A stretch of DNA of 64,000 bases from Alphaproteobacteria bacterium (GTDB taxonomy: Bacteria; Pseudomonadota; Alphaproteobacteria; Micropepsales; Micropepsaceae): assembly GCA_028871795.1 (NCBI GenBank), contig JAGWMG010000006.1, positions 41,051 to 105,050 of the forward strand, in the 5' to 3' direction. The notes beneath the pieces were generated by a model that made no database searches, was not told where the DNA came from, and saw only the letters and a program-made list of their open reading frames with translations. Below, piece by piece: positions 63,127-64,000 of the stretch; the first letter of the stretch is position 1, and every line of letters begins with the position of its first letter. Made by a program: the position numbers and the translations under genes.

Positions 63127-64000
63127 GTAGGCAACCGTCCCCTGCTGACGCGGTTCCCTGGACTTTGGTCGACCGCGCACCCGCCAACGTCCAGCCCTAT
63201 CTGCGCCTGATGCGTCTGGACCGGCCCATTGGCACCTGGCTGCTTTATTGGCCTTGCGTGTTCGGGCTGGCGATGGGGGCCGTCGCCGACAGCCGTCCCT
63301 TCGGCAGCTGGCACGATCTGTGGTTCGTGATCCTGTTCGGGCTGGGCGCGATCACCATGCGCGGCGCGGGCTGCACCTACAACGACATCGTGGACCGCGA
63401 TTTCGACGCCAAAGTCGCGCGCACCCGTGGCCGGCCGATTCCTTCGGGCGCAGTCAGCGTCAAGCAGGCTTGGCGCTTTGCGGCAGCGTTGTGCCTCGTC
63501 GGGCTACTGATCCTTTTGCAGCTCAACCGCTTCGCCATGGCGTTGGGCGCGGCCTCCCTGCTGCTGATCGCCGGCTATCCCTTTATGAAGCGGATCACCT
63601 GGTGGCCGCAGGCCTGGCTGGGGCTGACCTTCAACTGGGGGGCGCTGCTCGGGTTCGCCGCGCAGACGGGCGGCATCGATGCCGCCGACGCCATGCTCTA
63701 CGCCGGACTGTTCTTCTGGACGCTCGGCTACGACACGATCTACGCCCATCAGGACAAGGACGACGACGCGCTGATCGGCGTGAAATCGACCGCGCGTCTG
63801 CTCGGGCCGCGCTCGCGCGACTGGATCCTGGGGTTCTATGCCGTCGCCTTCACGCTGATCCTCGCGGCCGGCTTCGCCGAACACGAGGGCTGGCCTTATG
63901 TCCTGCTCATGCTGCTGGCCGGCGCGCATATGCTGTGGCAAGTACACACGCTGGACATCGACGATTCCGCACGCTGCCTTAAACTTTTCCGCGCCAACCG
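63123..64000 (+). CDS. ubiA: 4-hydroxybenzoate polyprenyltransferase (truncated by window end; not in ORF track)
   Basis: Manual translation: YLRLMRLDRPIGTWLL, MRGAGCTYNDIVDRDFD..V.RT..RP, YPFMKR, YDTIYAHQD. Confidence 0.94.
   Translation, partial: MSRQPSPADAVPWTLVDRAPANVQPYLRLMRLDRPIGTWLLYWPCVFGLAMGAVADSRPFGSWHDLWFVILFGLGAITMRGAGCTYNDIVDRDFDAKVARTRGRPIPSGAVSVKQAWRFAAALCLVGLLILLQLNRFAMALGAASLLLIAGYPFMKRITWWPQAWLGLTFNWGALLGFAAQTGGIDAADAMLYAGLFFWTLGYDTIYAHQDKDDDALIGVKSTARLLGPRSRDWILGFYAVAFTLILAAGFAEHEGWPYVLLMLLAGAHMLWQVHTLDIDDSARCLKLFRAN

Overview
A high-GC alphaproteobacterial chromosome segment made mostly of conserved housekeeping clusters: tyrS, AsmA/YhdP-like gene, bcp, M23 peptidase-bactofilin, prfB (programmed frameshift), PBP1A-amiC-rne, M48-DsbA, thiS-thiG fusion, aroQ-accB-accC, aat, DUF2155-mlaD-NDUFA12, class II RNR nrdJ, gcvTHP with a tandem glycine riboswitch, argS, ispH-thrB-rnhA, an EAL protein, thrC, an aa3 cytochrome oxidase cluster, tldD, gshA, rsmE and ubiA (cut by the window end). 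Small accessory pieces are inserted among them: an esterase between accC and aat, two type II toxin-antitoxin modules, and a family of CGTC-tagged palindromic repeats. The strongest candidate for an undescribed system is a ~570-bp unit (31414-31986) in which a stand-alone 95-aa GIY-YIG nuclease gene is bracketed by these repeats, including a perfect 34-bp inverted pair. Gene-less copies with compensatory stem changes occur at 24.9 kb and 50.3 kb. This mirrors RAYT/REPIN architecture but with a GIY-YIG enzyme instead of an HUH transposase; the mobility claim is inference. Other points of interest: a PBP1A with a tandemly duplicated Pro/acidic cytoplasmic tail near a bactofilin, a cox cluster with no ctaG/cox11 but a small Cys/His-tipped membrane protein, a probably inactive GGT-like lipoprotein, and a TA operon whose toxin stop overlaps the ubiA start. 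All protein calls come from motif recognition; no searches were run.
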